Source of the DNA: Candidatus Eiseniibacteriota bacterium
GTDB lineage: Bacteria > Eisenbacteria > RBG-16-71-46 > DASYSL01
Direction: 5' to 3'
NCBI GenBank assembly: GCA_031431875.1
Contig: JANPEF010000028.1
Span: 8,793-72,792 of the forward strand
DNA length: 64,000 bases
Positions within the stretch are counted from its first letter, which is position 1, and every line of letters begins with the position of its first letter. Under the pieces are notes generated by a model. That model did not search any database, was not told the DNA's origin, and saw nothing but the letters and a program-made list of their open reading frames with translations. The position numbers were made by a program, and so were the translations under genes. Of the stretch, positions 33,447 through 45,912 are shown piece by piece.

Positions 33447-34934
33447 TTAGTTCGCGCCGCTGTGCGGACTGGTCACCGCCGCCATGACCCTCTCCAGGTT
33501 GAAGCTTCCCGGCTTCTGGCGCGGCGGGTACTCCCTGAAGCTCTGGATCCACTTCGCGACACCGGCGCTCGCCGGAGCGATCATGAACATGTGCTCGAGG
33601 AACCAGCGCGTGTAGTCCATGCCGATGTCCTGCGCGAGCTCGAACGGATCCGAGCGCAGGTTGGTCAGCATCGGCGCGCGCAACTCCTCGAACGGCTGGA
33701 CCCAGACGTGGAAACCGTGGGCCGGCTGCTTGAGGAAGGAGACCTTCCAGTTTCCGTAGCGCAACGCGGCGACGCTGCCGTCGTCCGTCCAGTACAGGAA
33801 CTCCTTGCGCGGCCACGCGGCCTCGCCCTTGAGCGCCGGCATCAGGTTGTAGCCGTCGAGGTGGACCTTGTAGTCGCGGCCCATGGCCTTGTGGCCCTTG
33901 AGCAGCTTCTCGGCGACATCCGGCTCGCCGGCGGCGGCCAGCAGCGTCGTGCACATGTCCTCGTGCGCGCCGATGTCGTTGACGACCGTGCCGGGCTTGA
34001 TCACCCCGGGCCAGCGCATGGCGCAGGGAACGCGGTATCCGCCTTCCCACGGCGTGTTCTTCTCGCCCTTGAACATCGTCGTGCCGCCATCGGGCCAGGT
34101 GAACACCTCGGCGCCGTTGTCGGTGGAGTACATGACGATCGTGTTCTCGTCGAGGCCGAGCTCCTTGAGCTTGTCCAGCATCTCGCCGACCTGGCGATCG
34201 TGCTCGACCATGCCGTCGGCGTAGATGCCGAGACCCGTCTTGCCCGCCACGCCTTCCTTGAGGTGGGTGAAGATGTGCATCTTGGTCGAGTTCCACCACA
34301 GGAAGAAGGGCTTGTCCTCCTGCTTGGCGCGCTCCATGAAGTCGATGGCCTTGGCGCTGACCTCCTCGTCGAAGGTCTCCATGCGCTTCCTGGTCAGCGG
34401 GCCGGTGTCCGTCTTGCGGCCATCGGCAAACGTGTGCATGACGCCACGCGGGCCGAAGTTCTTCTTGAAGTCCGGGAAGTCCTTCGCCTTCGGGTAGTCG
34501 GGATGCTCGGGCTCTTCCTCGGCGTTCAGGTGATAGAAGTTGCCGAAGAACTCGTCGAAGCCGTTGTTCGTCGGAAACATCTCGTCGCGATCGCCGAGGT
34601 GGTTCTTGCCGAACTGTCCCGTCATGTAGCCGTGGTTCTTGAGCAGGCCGGCGATCGTCGGGTCCTCGATCTTCATGCCCTCGGGGGCGCCGGGCAGGCC
34701 GACCTTCGTCAGGCCCGTGCGGATCGGCGACTGGCCGGTGATGAAGGCGGCGCGGCCGGCGGTGCAGCTCTGCTGTCCGTACCAGTCGGTGAACAGCGCG
34801 CCCTCGGCGGCGATGCGATCGATGTTCGGCGTCTTGTAGCCCATCATGCCGAGGTTGTAGGCGCTGATGTTGAACTGGCCGATGTCATCGCCCCAGAGAA
34901 TGAGGATGTTCGGCTTCTTGCCGGGTGTGGCCAT
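33447..34934 (-). CDS. Arylsulfatase (Cys-type, no signal peptide)
   Basis: PNILILWGDD, CTAGRAAFITG (CxxxR), GKNHLG, TDNG. Confidence 0.92.
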   Translation of the reverse strand: MATPGKKPNILILWGDDIGQFNISAYNLGMMGYKTPNIDRIAAEGALFTDWYGQQSCTAGRAAFITGQSPIRTGLTKVGLPGAPEGMKIEDPTIAGLLKNHGYMTGQFGKNHLGDRDEMFPTNNGFDEFFGNFYHLNAEEEPEHPDYPKAKDFPDFKKNFGPRGVMHTFADGRKTDTGPLTRKRMETFDEEVSAKAIDFMERAKQEDKPFFLWWNSTKMHIFTHLKEGVAGKTGLGIYADGMVEHDRQVGEMLDKLKELGLDENTIVMYSTDNGAEVFTWPDGGTTMFKGEKNTPWEGGYRVPCAMRWPGVIKPGTVVNDIGAHEDMCTTLLAAAGEPDVAEKLLKGHKAMGRDYKVHLDGYNLMPALKGEAAWPRKEFLYWTDDGSVAALRYGNWKVSFLKQPAHGFHVWVQPFEELRAPMLTNLRSDPFELAQDIGMDYTRWFLEHMFMIAPASAGVAKWIQSFREYPPRQKPGSFNLERVMAAVTSPHSGAN

Positions 34935-35060
34935 GTGAAACTCCAGACGTGGCTAGGGTCATCGGGTGCGGGAGACGAAACCGCGGTGGTGGTTCGCGCT
35001 GCAGACGGGGAATCTAGCAGTTTGTCGGATGAATTGCGTCATCGAGTCGACAATTCGGCC

Positions 35061-35408
35061 TCAGTCGCCCCGCGGGCGGAACTGCGCGTGGAGCCTGGGC
35101 GGCGCCTCCGCGAAGTACCGGAATAGCGCCGGGCACAGCCAGCCCTTCATTCCCAGCGCGGCGCAGGAGTACCAGTACCCGCCGAGGTCCTCTTCTCCAC
35201 GCTCGAGTTCGGCTGTCGCACCTGGAAACGGGTTGGCGGAGAAGAGGAGCGTGAATCCCGCGGCCGCATCGGGGATCGGTTCCGTGAGCCGTTCGATGAT
35301 CTGGTCGGCCCCGGCGACGAACGGTTCCCGGTGCAGGCCCGCACCAGGATCATCGAACATCCACAGGCCCTGCGACTTGTACGGATGGATCGCGAGGATC
35401 GCGTTCAT
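35061..35408 (-). CDS. Conserved hypothetical protein (DUF6717-like)
   Basis: IHPYK..W.FDD..L.REPFVAGAD; GWLCPALFRYF. Confidence 0.7.
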   Translation of the reverse strand: MNAILAIHPYKSQGLWMFDDPGAGLHREPFVAGADQIIERLTEPIPDAAAGFTLLFSANPFPGATAELERGEEDLGGYWYSCAALGMKGWLCPALFRYFAEAPPRLHAQFRPRGD

Positions 35409-35421
35409 GGCCGGTCGTCCC

Positions 35422-35886
35422 CTAGCCCACCAGTGGCCGGTTGAGTTCCGTGCGCCAGACCGACGGATCGGGGCCCGATTCTGGTCCCTGCACGTAACGC
35501 TCCCACAGATTCGGCGCGACGCTGTGGCCCTGCTCGTTGATCCACGCGTCGAACTCGCCCCACGCGGTGGCAAGCCCTTCGTAGCGACCACGATAGACCG
35601 TGCGGGCGACGCGGGCTGCCGGCAGCTCACCGGCGATGACGCGCCCGACCGGCGTCACCGGCGCCGAGACGGGAACCCCCACTTCGAAGTCGAAAGTTTC
35701 GGCGTCCATGCGCCGATGATGGGAGAAGACGACGTCCGTGGGCCCGATCCTCTGGGCGGCGACGGCGGTCATCACCTCGCCGATGGCGGCGCGCATGACG
35801 TTCTGGATCTCCGCGCGCGGGATCGTCAGGTGGATCACCGCGACGTGCTGTGCCTCGGTCTCGAGGATCTGGGGGGTCTCGATCAT
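35422..35886 (-). CDS. GyrI-like small-molecule-binding protein
   Basis: FEVGVPV, YRGRYEGL..AW, WERYVQGPE. Confidence 0.8.
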   Translation of the reverse strand: MIETPQILETEAQHVAVIHLTIPRAEIQNVMRAAIGEVMTAVAAQRIGPTDVVFSHHRRMDAETFDFEVGVPVSAPVTPVGRVIAGELPAARVARTVYRGRYEGLATAWGEFDAWINEQGHSVAPNLWERYVQGPESGPDPSVWRTELNRPLVG

Positions 35887-36088
35887 GGGCGGAACTCTCC
35901 GATTCGGGCGGAAAGACGGGAACGGACGCGAAAACGCCGATCGGGCCCATCCTAGCGCCCCGGTCGGTCTCGCGAAACGTCATGAATTCACCCGATGTGC
36001 CCCCGCAGGTTGACGCGGTCCCGGCCAGTCCCTAGCGTCAGGGTCTGGCTTGGACCGTCCGGGTGGGAATCACGGCAGGGGAGGTGCG

Positions 36089-36832
36089 ATGCGGGTTCGT
36101 TCCTGGATGGTCGGGCAGGTGCTTGGGGCGGTGTTGCTCGTGGTCGGGGCGGCCACTCCGGCCCGGTCCCTCGCTGCGCCGGCCGCACCCGCCGAGTCGG
36201 ACGCCCCGGTCGCCGTGCCCGCTTCGCCGAAGGACCCCCTCCGCGAACTCGCCGTCACCCTGCGACACCTCGCTCCCGGCCTTGATCCGCGTGCCATCGA
36301 GCGCGCGCTCGACGCGGCTCGGCTGGCGCGCGCCCAGGGCGTCGAGGTGCGCTCGAGCCTCCTCACCGTGATCGACTACACGCGTCCATCGTGGCAGCCT
36401 CGACTGTGGGTGTTCGACACGGCGATGCCCCGCCTGCTGTTCTGCGATCGCGTTGCGCACGGTGCGAACACGGGCGAGGCCTGGGCGCAGCACTTTTCGA
36501 ACCGCATCGGCAGTCGGCAGACGAGCCTGGGCCTGTTCCTCACGGGCGATCCCTACGTGGGGGACAACGGGTATTCGCTGCGCCTGCTCGGTCTCGATCG
36601 CGAGCTCAACTCGCACGCCTTCGAGCGCGCCGTCGTGATGCACGGCGCGCCGTACGTGAGCGACGCATTCGTGCGCGAGCACGGCCGCATCGGTCGCTCG
36701 TGGGGCTGCCCCGCGGTGTCGAAGGAATTGGCCAAGCCGCTCATCGACACGATCCGGGGCGGGAGCCTCGTGTACGCGTATTACGACGGGTCCCCATCGG
36801 GCGATCCCGAGAGGACACTCACCGCCAGGTAG
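36089..36832 (+). CDS. Murein L,D-transpeptidase catalytic domain protein (YkuD_2-like)
   Basis: IDYTRPS, VAHG, FSN..S.QTSLG, VMHGAPY, GRSWGCPAV. Confidence 0.85.
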   Translation: MRVRSWMVGQVLGAVLLVVGAATPARSLAAPAAPAESDAPVAVPASPKDPLRELAVTLRHLAPGLDPRAIERALDAARLARAQGVEVRSSLLTVIDYTRPSWQPRLWVFDTAMPRLLFCDRVAHGANTGEAWAQHFSNRIGSRQTSLGLFLTGDPYVGDNGYSLRLLGLDRELNSHAFERAVVMHGAPYVSDAFVREHGRIGRSWGCPAVSKELAKPLIDTIRGGSLVYAYYDGSPSGDPERTLTAR

Positions 36833-36981
36833 TGCTGCGTCCGCCTCGGGTCGGATCCCCACCCCGGATTCAGCGTCGTGCCCGCCTCCGCGCAGCTCAA
36901 TCCGCCATTGACTGACTCGGTCCATGACGTACTCGCGAAACTCGAGCGCACGGTCTACGAATCGAAAGTGAGGGACCTGTC

Positions 36982-37272
36982 ATGACGTCGATTCCTGAAC
37001 TCACGCGTGCCCGGCTCGCGCGAGCGATTCCCGCGCGCGTACGCCGGCGGCTCATGCTCGGTCAGTTCGACTCGGTCGAAGACGTCGCCGCACTCCGGCA
37101 CTTTGTCGGCCTGACCCAGATTCAGTTCGCCAAGGCCATGGGGATCAGCGTGCATACGCTCCGGAACTGGGAACAGGGCCGTCGGCGGCCCGAGGGTCCC
37201 GCCCTGGCACTCCTGCGCATCGCCGCACGGCACCCGCGAATCATTCGCCAGAACATCGAGTCCGCAGCATGA
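36982..37272 (+). CDS. XRE-type HTH protein / antitoxin
   Basis: [35 protein letters not shown]. Confidence 0.85.
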   Translation: MTSIPELTRARLARAIPARVRRRLMLGQFDSVEDVAALRHFVGLTQIQFAKAMGISVHTLRNWEQGRRRPEGPALALLRIAARHPRIIRQNIESAA

Positions 37273-37667
37273 CCTCGCGCGCCACCGGCACGTTCACCGT
37301 CGCGATGAAGCCGCTCTCCGATCCGGACGAGACTCCGGGCACGAAACTCGGCCGGATGTCGCTCGCCAAGACGTTTGCGGGCGACCTGGTCGCCACGAGC
37401 GCGGGCGAGATGCTGACCGCGATGTCGGAAACGAAGGGCTCGGCCGGCTACGTTGCGATCGAGCGCGTGACCGGGACGCTCGCCGGGCGCGTCGGCAACT
37501 TCGTGTTCCAGCACTCCTCGGTGATGGATCGCGGCGTGCCCACGCAGTCGATCCGTGTCGTGCCCGATTCGGGCTCCGGAGCGCTGGTCGGGCTCGTGGG
37601 TTCGTTCGTCATCGAGATGGTGGAGAAGCAGCACCACTACGTGTTCGAGTACACGCTGCCGGACTGA
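37269..37667 (+). CDS. DUF3224-like protein
   Basis: [36 protein letters not shown]. Confidence 0.8.
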   Translation: MTSRATGTFTVAMKPLSDPDETPGTKLGRMSLAKTFAGDLVATSAGEMLTAMSETKGSAGYVAIERVTGTLAGRVGNFVFQHSSVMDRGVPTQSIRVVPDSGSGALVGLVGSFVIEMVEKQHHYVFEYTLPD

Positions 37668-37739
37668 CGTCAGGTCAGACGTGCCCGATCCACTGCTCGA
37701 GGATCGACGCGAACGCGCCCTCCTGTGCCTCGATGGTCC

Positions 37740-38495
37740 TCACGCTTCGGCGTCGTCGACGACTTCGCACTCCCAGCCGTCGTAGGTCCCGCCGTGGCGG
37801 GCGGCGAGGTGGAACAGCGGGAGTGTCACGTCGTCGATCGTCTCGTAGCCGGGGACGTCGCTGCGCCACACCTGGGCGCCGTGGTCCGGGAGGTCGGCCT
37901 CGGGCTCGATCGCGACGCGGACGGCGTAGCCCAGCTCCGCGGCATCGGCGACGAACGAATCGCGCTGTGCAGCGTCGGCGAAGTAGGCCCAGTGATCGAT
38001 CTCGCGCGGCGCGGTGAGCGCGTCGCCGCCTTCCTCCAGCGACTCGCAGACGCGGCGATTCTCGATGCGCTGGCGGTCCTCGTCGCCGGGGGCGAGGTAC
38101 CCGAGATACGTCGACCAGTCGGCATCGAGGCGCGTGTCGGCGTCGTAATCGTAGGCGGGAAACGATTGCATCGCCTCGTCGACGCGCGACTTCCAGCCCT
38201 CGGCGGCGGCGGTGTAGAAGTAGAAGTCGCGGGCGCCGGCGGTGGTGCAGCGACCCACGTAGCCGGTGTGCGGGCCGACGAGCGTGTTGTCGAGCGAGTC
38301 CTCGATCATCGCCAGGGTCTTCGCTTCGCCGCCGCTCGAGAGCCCCTCGGGGGTGGCGTCGTTGAGGACCACGCGCACGTAGCCGAGGTAGGGCAGGCTC
38401 GCCGAGGGCGCGAACTCCTGTGCGCCCAGGTCGACGAACGTCGAAGCGGGTCGATCGTCGATACGGCAGAAGTAGAAATCCCAGTCGTCGGTCAT
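37740..38495 (-). CDS. DUF695 + RraB-like domain protein
   Basis: WDFYFC..D; GDALTAPREIDHWAYF; C-terminal YDGWEC. Confidence 0.75.
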   Translation of the reverse strand: MTDDWDFYFCRIDDRPASTFVDLGAQEFAPSASLPYLGYVRVVLNDATPEGLSSGGEAKTLAMIEDSLDNTLVGPHTGYVGRCTTAGARDFYFYTAAAEGWKSRVDEAMQSFPAYDYDADTRLDADWSTYLGYLAPGDEDRQRIENRRVCESLEEGGDALTAPREIDHWAYFADAAQRDSFVADAAELGYAVRVAIEPEADLPDHGAQVWRSDVPGYETIDDVTLPLFHLAARHGGTYDGWECEVVDDAEA

Positions 38496-38548
38496 CGGCG
38501 CCTCCCGGGCCATCCTAGTCCGGGTGGGGCGTTCGTTCCACCCCGGCT

Positions 38549-39271
38549 CTAGCCGATCGTGAACTCGGCCCCGACCGGGATCATGTGGAGGCGGTGGGCG
38601 AGGGCCATGGAGGCCCCGTTCGTCCACTCGGTGCTGTAGCAGGGGACCCGGCCCTCGCGCCAGGCCTGCTCCGCCCAGGCGGCCACGACTGCGGCGCCAT
38701 GGCCGCGCCCGCGGTGGGCCTCGAGCGTGTCGACGCCGGCCTCGAGCGCGAATCGCGAGCGGCGGACGGTTCGGCAGATCGACACGGCCTTGCCGTCGAC
38801 GAGCCGTGCGGCGCACGGGGCGAGGGCCGCGAGATGTCGCTGCGTATGCGGGAACGAGTCGGCGAGCGTGGCGCGTCGCGCGGCGTCGAGAAGCACGACG
38901 TCCGGATCCTGCGGCAGGCCACGCGGCACCCGGTAGATCGGGCCACTCTTGCGGGCGGCCCCGTCGCCCCACGTCGCGGCGAGCGCCTCGCCGGCATCGG
39001 CGAACTGTTCCGGAGATTCGAACAGCGCGTCCGACAGGGCCTCGAGCACGGCCGTCGCGTGCTCGACGCGCTCGGCGGAGACGTCGTGGCGAAATGCGTA
39101 GACGAGGAGGTCCGCGCCCAGGCACGCGTACAGGCTGGGCGCGTTCCGGTCGGCGGGATCCTCGGGCAGGTTCTCGCCCACGAGGCGCCCGTTCGCGTCG
39201 AGCCGGTAGCGCAGCTCGATCCGCTGGCGCAGCAGGATCTGGTCGATCGAGGCGGGGTCGACTGCGGTCAT
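38549..39271 (-). CDS. GNAT-family acetyltransferase
   Basis: EAGVDTLEAHRGRG, YSTEWTNGASMALA. Confidence 0.8.
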   Translation of the reverse strand: MTAVDPASIDQILLRQRIELRYRLDANGRLVGENLPEDPADRNAPSLYACLGADLLVYAFRHDVSAERVEHATAVLEALSDALFESPEQFADAGEALAATWGDGAARKSGPIYRVPRGLPQDPDVVLLDAARRATLADSFPHTQRHLAALAPCAARLVDGKAVSICRTVRRSRFALEAGVDTLEAHRGRGHGAAVVAAWAEQAWREGRVPCYSTEWTNGASMALAHRLHMIPVGAEFTIG

Positions 39272-39681
39272 GCGCGGGGCTTCGCCAGCTTCCACCCGAG
39301 CCAGCCCATCGGCAGGTATGCCCCGACCAGGTCGAGCGCGATGAACCACGTGGGCGCGGGCAGCATGAAGGCGGCGGCGATGCCCCCGCACAGGAACGCG
39401 ACGCCGATGCCGAGCGCGATCGGTAGCTTCGCCGAAGCCGCGAACCGAGCGGCGGCGAACGCCCCGGCGAGCGTGCCCAGGGCATGGGCGAGGAACGGGG
39501 GGAGGAAGTGCACCGGCTGGAACAGGTGCATGCCGGCCTTCAAGCTCTCCAGGTTCGACGTGTCGACCCCGGGCGGCGGGGGCACGAGGGATCCGCCGGC
39601 CATGACGATGCCCATGTTGACGAAGCTGCCGACGACGAGGCCGGCGAGCACCGCGAGGACGTTGCGCAGGATCGGGTTCAT
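39268..39681 (-). CDS. Hypothetical membrane protein
   Basis: Four hydrophobic segments; GGAG RBS. Confidence 0.75.
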   Translation of the reverse strand: MNPILRNVLAVLAGLVVGSFVNMGIVMAGGSLVPPPPGVDTSNLESLKAGMHLFQPVHFLPPFLAHALGTLAGAFAAARFAASAKLPIALGIGVAFLCGGIAAAFMLPAPTWFIALDLVGAYLPMGWLGWKLAKPRA

Positions 39682-39824
39682 GTCCGGTCTCCAGTCGGGA
39701 GTTCAGCTTCAGGGCGGTCAATCGAAGGACCGAACCATAGCACTCGTGGAACCCGGGGCCGAAGGTGCTAGTCTCGGGCGCAACCGTTCGTTCCGTACCG
39801 CACTCGAACCACAGGTGGTGCTCC

Positions 39825-39956
39825 ATGGGCGACAAGTCCCCGAAGTCGAAAGAACGCGAGAAGAAGCAGCAGGCAGCGCAGAAGAACCAGAAGCAGAGCG
39901 CGGCCAAGACCAAGTCGGCCCCGCCGGCGGGCAAGCCGGCCAAGGGCGGCAAGTAG
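39825..39956 (+). CDS. Small Lys/Gln-rich basic protein (43 aa)
   Basis: AGGTGG RBS; MGDKSPKSKEREKKQQAAQKNQK; host-like codons; TGnTAGTCT upstream. Confidence 0.6.
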   Translation: MGDKSPKSKEREKKQQAAQKNQKQSAAKTKSAPPAGKPAKGGK

Positions 39957-40020
39957 CTCGCGGGGCGAGTCGGGGGGAGTCCGCCCGGATTCCCCCGGAA
40001 CCCCCCTCCCCGCAAGGGGA

Positions 40021-40050
40021 TTGACAGCCGCGCCGGGGGACCGCTAGTTT
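40021..40050 (+). promoter_or_regulatory. Sigma70-type promoter of the rho operon
   Basis: TTGACA-18nt-TAGTTT. Confidence 0.65.
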
Positions 40051-40321
40051 CGTGTCTGACCGGTAGACGGCCGGTGCGACTCCGTAGTTTTCAGCCCCTC
40101 CGATCCCTTCTTTCCAGCACCCCGAACGGAGCAGGAATCGCTCGATTTCCGGGCGTTGTCGCGGAATACGGTCCCGCACCCCACCCGAAACAGGTCCACC
40201 GATCCACGGCTCGCCACCCGGCGAGCGTCCCGGGAAGACGGCCCGGACCCTCCCCGATTCACCTGCGCCCGCCCCGCGGGCCCCGGTGAACCGGCGGACC
40301 CCCAAAGGAGCAAGTCCGCAC

Positions 40322-41569
<1,248 letters not shown>

Positions 41570-41578
41570 GAGGACGCG

Positions 41579-41869
41579 ATGAAGGACATCCATCCGCAGT
41601 ACGAGTCGTGCACGATCCTGTGCACCGGTTGCAGCACGTCCTACGAGACGCGCTCGACCAACGTCAAGGGCTACCACGTGGAAATCTGCTCGGCCTGCCA
41701 CCCGTTCTTCACGGGCAAGCAGCGCCTGCTGGATACCGCGGGTCGCGTCGAGCGTTTCAATCGCAAGTACCGCAAGGGCGAGACCGTCGAGGCGCTGGCT
41801 GCGGCTGCGGCTGCGGCAGCGGCGGCGTCGGACGCGTCGGCTCCGTCGGCTCCGGCCGAGAACGCATAA
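41579..41869 (+). CDS. rpmE: 50S ribosomal protein L31 (Zn-binding type)
   Basis: [32 protein letters not shown]. Confidence 0.95.
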   Translation: MKDIHPQYESCTILCTGCSTSYETRSTNVKGYHVEICSACHPFFTGKQRLLDTAGRVERFNRKYRKGETVEALAAAAAAAAAASDASAPSAPAENA

Positions 41870-41884
41870 GAACGCCTCGCGCCC

Positions 41885-42970
41885 GTGTCGTTGCATGATG
41901 CGCTCACCCGGGTCGAGGCACGCTTCCAGGAGCTGACCGCCGCATTGTCGGACCCGGCGGTGCACGGCAATCCGTCCGAGCTCAAGCGCCTGGCCAAGGA
42001 ACGCTCGTCGCTCGAGGCGCTGATCGCCGCGGCGCGCGAGCTGCGCTCGGTCGAGCAGCAGATCGGGGACGACGAGGCGATCGTGCGCTCCGGGGACGCC
42101 GACCTGCTCGCCCTGGCCGAGGCCGAGCTGCCCGGGCTTTACACCCGCAAGGATGAGCTCGAGGCGCGCGTGCGCACGCTGCTCCTGCCGCGCGACCCGA
42201 ACGACGACAAGAGCGTCATCCTCGAGATTCGCGCCGGCACCGGCGGGGAAGAGGCGGCGCTGTTCGCCGGTGAGATCTTCCGCATGTACCAGCGCTACGC
42301 CGAGCGGATGGGCTGGAAGGTCGAGATTCTCTCGGCTTCGCCCGCCGAGATGGGCGGCATGCGGGAAGTCGTCGCCGCGATCGAGGGCGACGGCGCCTAC
42401 TCCAAGCTGAAGTGGGAATCCGGCGTGCACCGGGTCCAGCGCGTGCCCGCAACCGAGGCGCAGGGGCGCATCCACACGTCGGCCGCCACGGTCGCCGTCC
42501 TGCCCGAGGCCGAGGACATCGACATCGAGATCAAGGACGACGACATCGTGGTCGACGTCTACCGCTCGAGCGGCAAGGGCGGCCAGGGCGTGAACACCAC
42601 CGACTCGGCCGTGCGCATCCACCACCTGCCGTCGGGGCTGCTGGTGACCTGCCAGGACGAGCGTTCGCAGATCAAGAACAAGGCGCGGGCGATGAAGGTC
42701 CTCCGCTCGCGGCTGCTCGACCTCAAGATCCAGAAGGAAGCCGAGGCGCGCTCGCGCGCCCGCAACGCGCAGATCTCGACCGGCGATCGCTCGGCCAAGA
42801 TCCGCACGTACAACTTTCCGCAGGGCCGCGTCACCGATCATCGGATCGGGCTCACGCTCTACAAGATCGACGACGTGCTGCTGGGCAACATCGATGCGCT
42901 GATCGACGGGATGATCGCGGCCGACGCCGCCGAGCGGTTGCGCGAGGCGGGGGAGGACACGGCGGCGTGA
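41885..42970 (+). CDS. prfA: Peptide chain release factor 1
   Basis: RVPATE (PxT), GGQ, IRTYNFPQ. Confidence 0.96.
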   Translation: MSLHDALTRVEARFQELTAALSDPAVHGNPSELKRLAKERSSLEALIAAARELRSVEQQIGDDEAIVRSGDADLLALAEAELPGLYTRKDELEARVRTLLLPRDPNDDKSVILEIRAGTGGEEAALFAGEIFRMYQRYAERMGWKVEILSASPAEMGGMREVVAAIEGDGAYSKLKWESGVHRVQRVPATEAQGRIHTSAATVAVLPEAEDIDIEIKDDDIVVDVYRSSGKGGQGVNTTDSAVRIHHLPSGLLVTCQDERSQIKNKARAMKVLRSRLLDLKIQKEAEARSRARNAQISTGDRSAKIRTYNFPQGRVTDHRIGLTLYKIDDVLLGNIDALIDGMIAADAAERLREAGEDTAA

Positions 42971-43841
42971 CCGTCCGCCAGGCCCTCGACGGGGCCGCCC
43001 GGGGACTCGCGCGAGCGGGAGAGCACGACGGCCGGGGAGAAGCGGAAATCCTCCTCGGCCGCCTGCTTTTCGCCGGGAGGGCCGACCTGTACCTGCGCGG
43101 CGACGCCGAGTTCGACACCGGTGCGGCGCGCACGCTGGCACTCTGGATCCTGCGCCGGCAGGGTGGCGAACCCCTGCAGTACATCACCGGCGAGGCGCCG
43201 TACCGCGACCTTGTCCTCGCAGTCGGCCCCGGTGTGTTCATCCCGCGGCCCGAGACCGAGCTGCTGGTCGACGTGGCGCTGGCGTTCCTGCGCGGCCGGC
43301 CGGCCGCAGCCCCTCGCCCACGCGTGCTCGAGTGCTGCACCGGCAGCGGCGCGATCGCGCTGGCCGTCGCCACCGAGCGCCCCGACGCGCTGGTCGTGGC
43401 GACCGAACTGTCGCCGCGGGCGCTGGCGTTCGCGGCGCGGAACCGGGGACGGCTGACGCCCGCCGAGGCCGCGCGCGTCCACCTGGTGCAGGGCGACCTG
43501 GCGACCGCGCTGGTCGGGCCGTTCGACGTTCTGCTCGCCAACCCGCCCTACATCGCCGAGTCCGAGCGGCCCGACCTTCCCCCCGATGTCCTCGACCACG
43601 AGCCGCACCTGGCGCTGTTCGCCGCGCACGATGGGATGGCGATCGTCGAGCGGCTGATCGGCGAGGGAGCAGGCCTGGTCGGCCCCGGCGGGCTGCTGGC
43701 GCTTGAACTGGGTGCGACGCAGGGCGATACTGCGCTCACGCGTCTGGCCGCCGATCCGCGTTGGGTCGGCGGCGAGGTGCGCAAGGACCTCGCGGGCCGC
43801 TCGCGCATGCTGATCGCCCGCCGATCACCGGAAGGGACGCC

Positions 43842-43845
<4 letters not shown>
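42967..43845 (+). CDS. prmC: Release factor glutamine methyltransferase
   Basis: EPLQYITG, IPRPETE, CTGSGAIA, NPPY. Confidence 0.93.
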
Positions 43846-45155
<1,310 letters not shown>

Positions 45156-45186
45156 GTAACTGCCGGCCCGTTTCGGAGGCCTTGCG

Positions 45187-45783
45187 ATGACCGATTCGCA
45201 GGATGGCGACGGCGGTGACCCACTCGCTCCATCGCAGGCCATCGAGTTCTCCACGTTCGGATTGCACATCTCGCCCGCCCGCCTCGTCCTGATGACGCTC
45301 GCGACCATGAGCCTGTACCAGTTCTACTGGCAGTACCAGAGCTGGAGCGAGATCAAGCGCCGCCGTCACCTCTCCATACGGCCCCTGTGGCGCGCAATCT
45401 TCGGTTACTTCTGGATGTACCCGCTGTTGAAGAGCCTGAACCGGGATCGGCAGGCCCGCGCCATCATCCCGGGCACCTATGCCGCCGGGGGTCTCGCGGC
45501 CGGATGGATCCTCCTCAACCTGTGCAGCACGGTCGTCTCGCGCATCGATGACGTCGCCATGTCCTTCCTCGCCGTGGGGCTCAGTGTTGCGAGTGTCTGC
45601 TTCCTCCTTCCCGTTCAGACTTTCGTCAACGCTGTCCATGAGCAGGTCGCCCCGCGAGCCGCTCCTCTCGGATGGACCCGAGGGCAGTGGATCCTCTTGG
45701 CCGTGGGGCTTCTCCTCTGGGCACTCGCCCTTCTGGGGCTGAGTCTCGCGCCCCGGGAGACGGGCCCGATTGCGCGCTGGTGA
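45187..45783 (+). CDS. Hypothetical membrane protein
   Basis: Several TM segments; [11 protein letters not shown] pattern. Confidence 0.7.
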   Translation: MTDSQDGDGGDPLAPSQAIEFSTFGLHISPARLVLMTLATMSLYQFYWQYQSWSEIKRRRHLSIRPLWRAIFGYFWMYPLLKSLNRDRQARAIIPGTYAAGGLAAGWILLNLCSTVVSRIDDVAMSFLAVGLSVASVCFLLPVQTFVNAVHEQVAPRAAPLGWTRGQWILLAVGLLLWALALLGLSLAPRETGPIARW

Positions 45784-45787
45784 GCCG

Positions 45788-45900
45788 ATGAAGCTCCTCG
45801 CCGTCATCGGCACCGCCGGACACATCGATCACGGGAAGACCGCGCTCGTCCGCCGCATGACGGGCGTCGAGAGCGATCGCCTCAAGAGAGAGATCGGGTG
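45788..45900 (+). pseudogene. Duplicated 5' fragment of selB
   Basis: [33 protein letters not shown] then loss of similarity; 84/90 nt identical to 46811-46900. Confidence 0.85.
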
Positions 45901-45912
45901 CGGCCCGGCGGC

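Noticed and set aside
33447..39700. Integron cassette array
   Set aside because: No intI, no repeated attC-like sites, mixed orientation and overlapping genes.
41792..41830. GCG/GCT repeat in the rpmE tail
   Set aside because: Encodes an ordinary poly-Ala disordered C-terminal extension.
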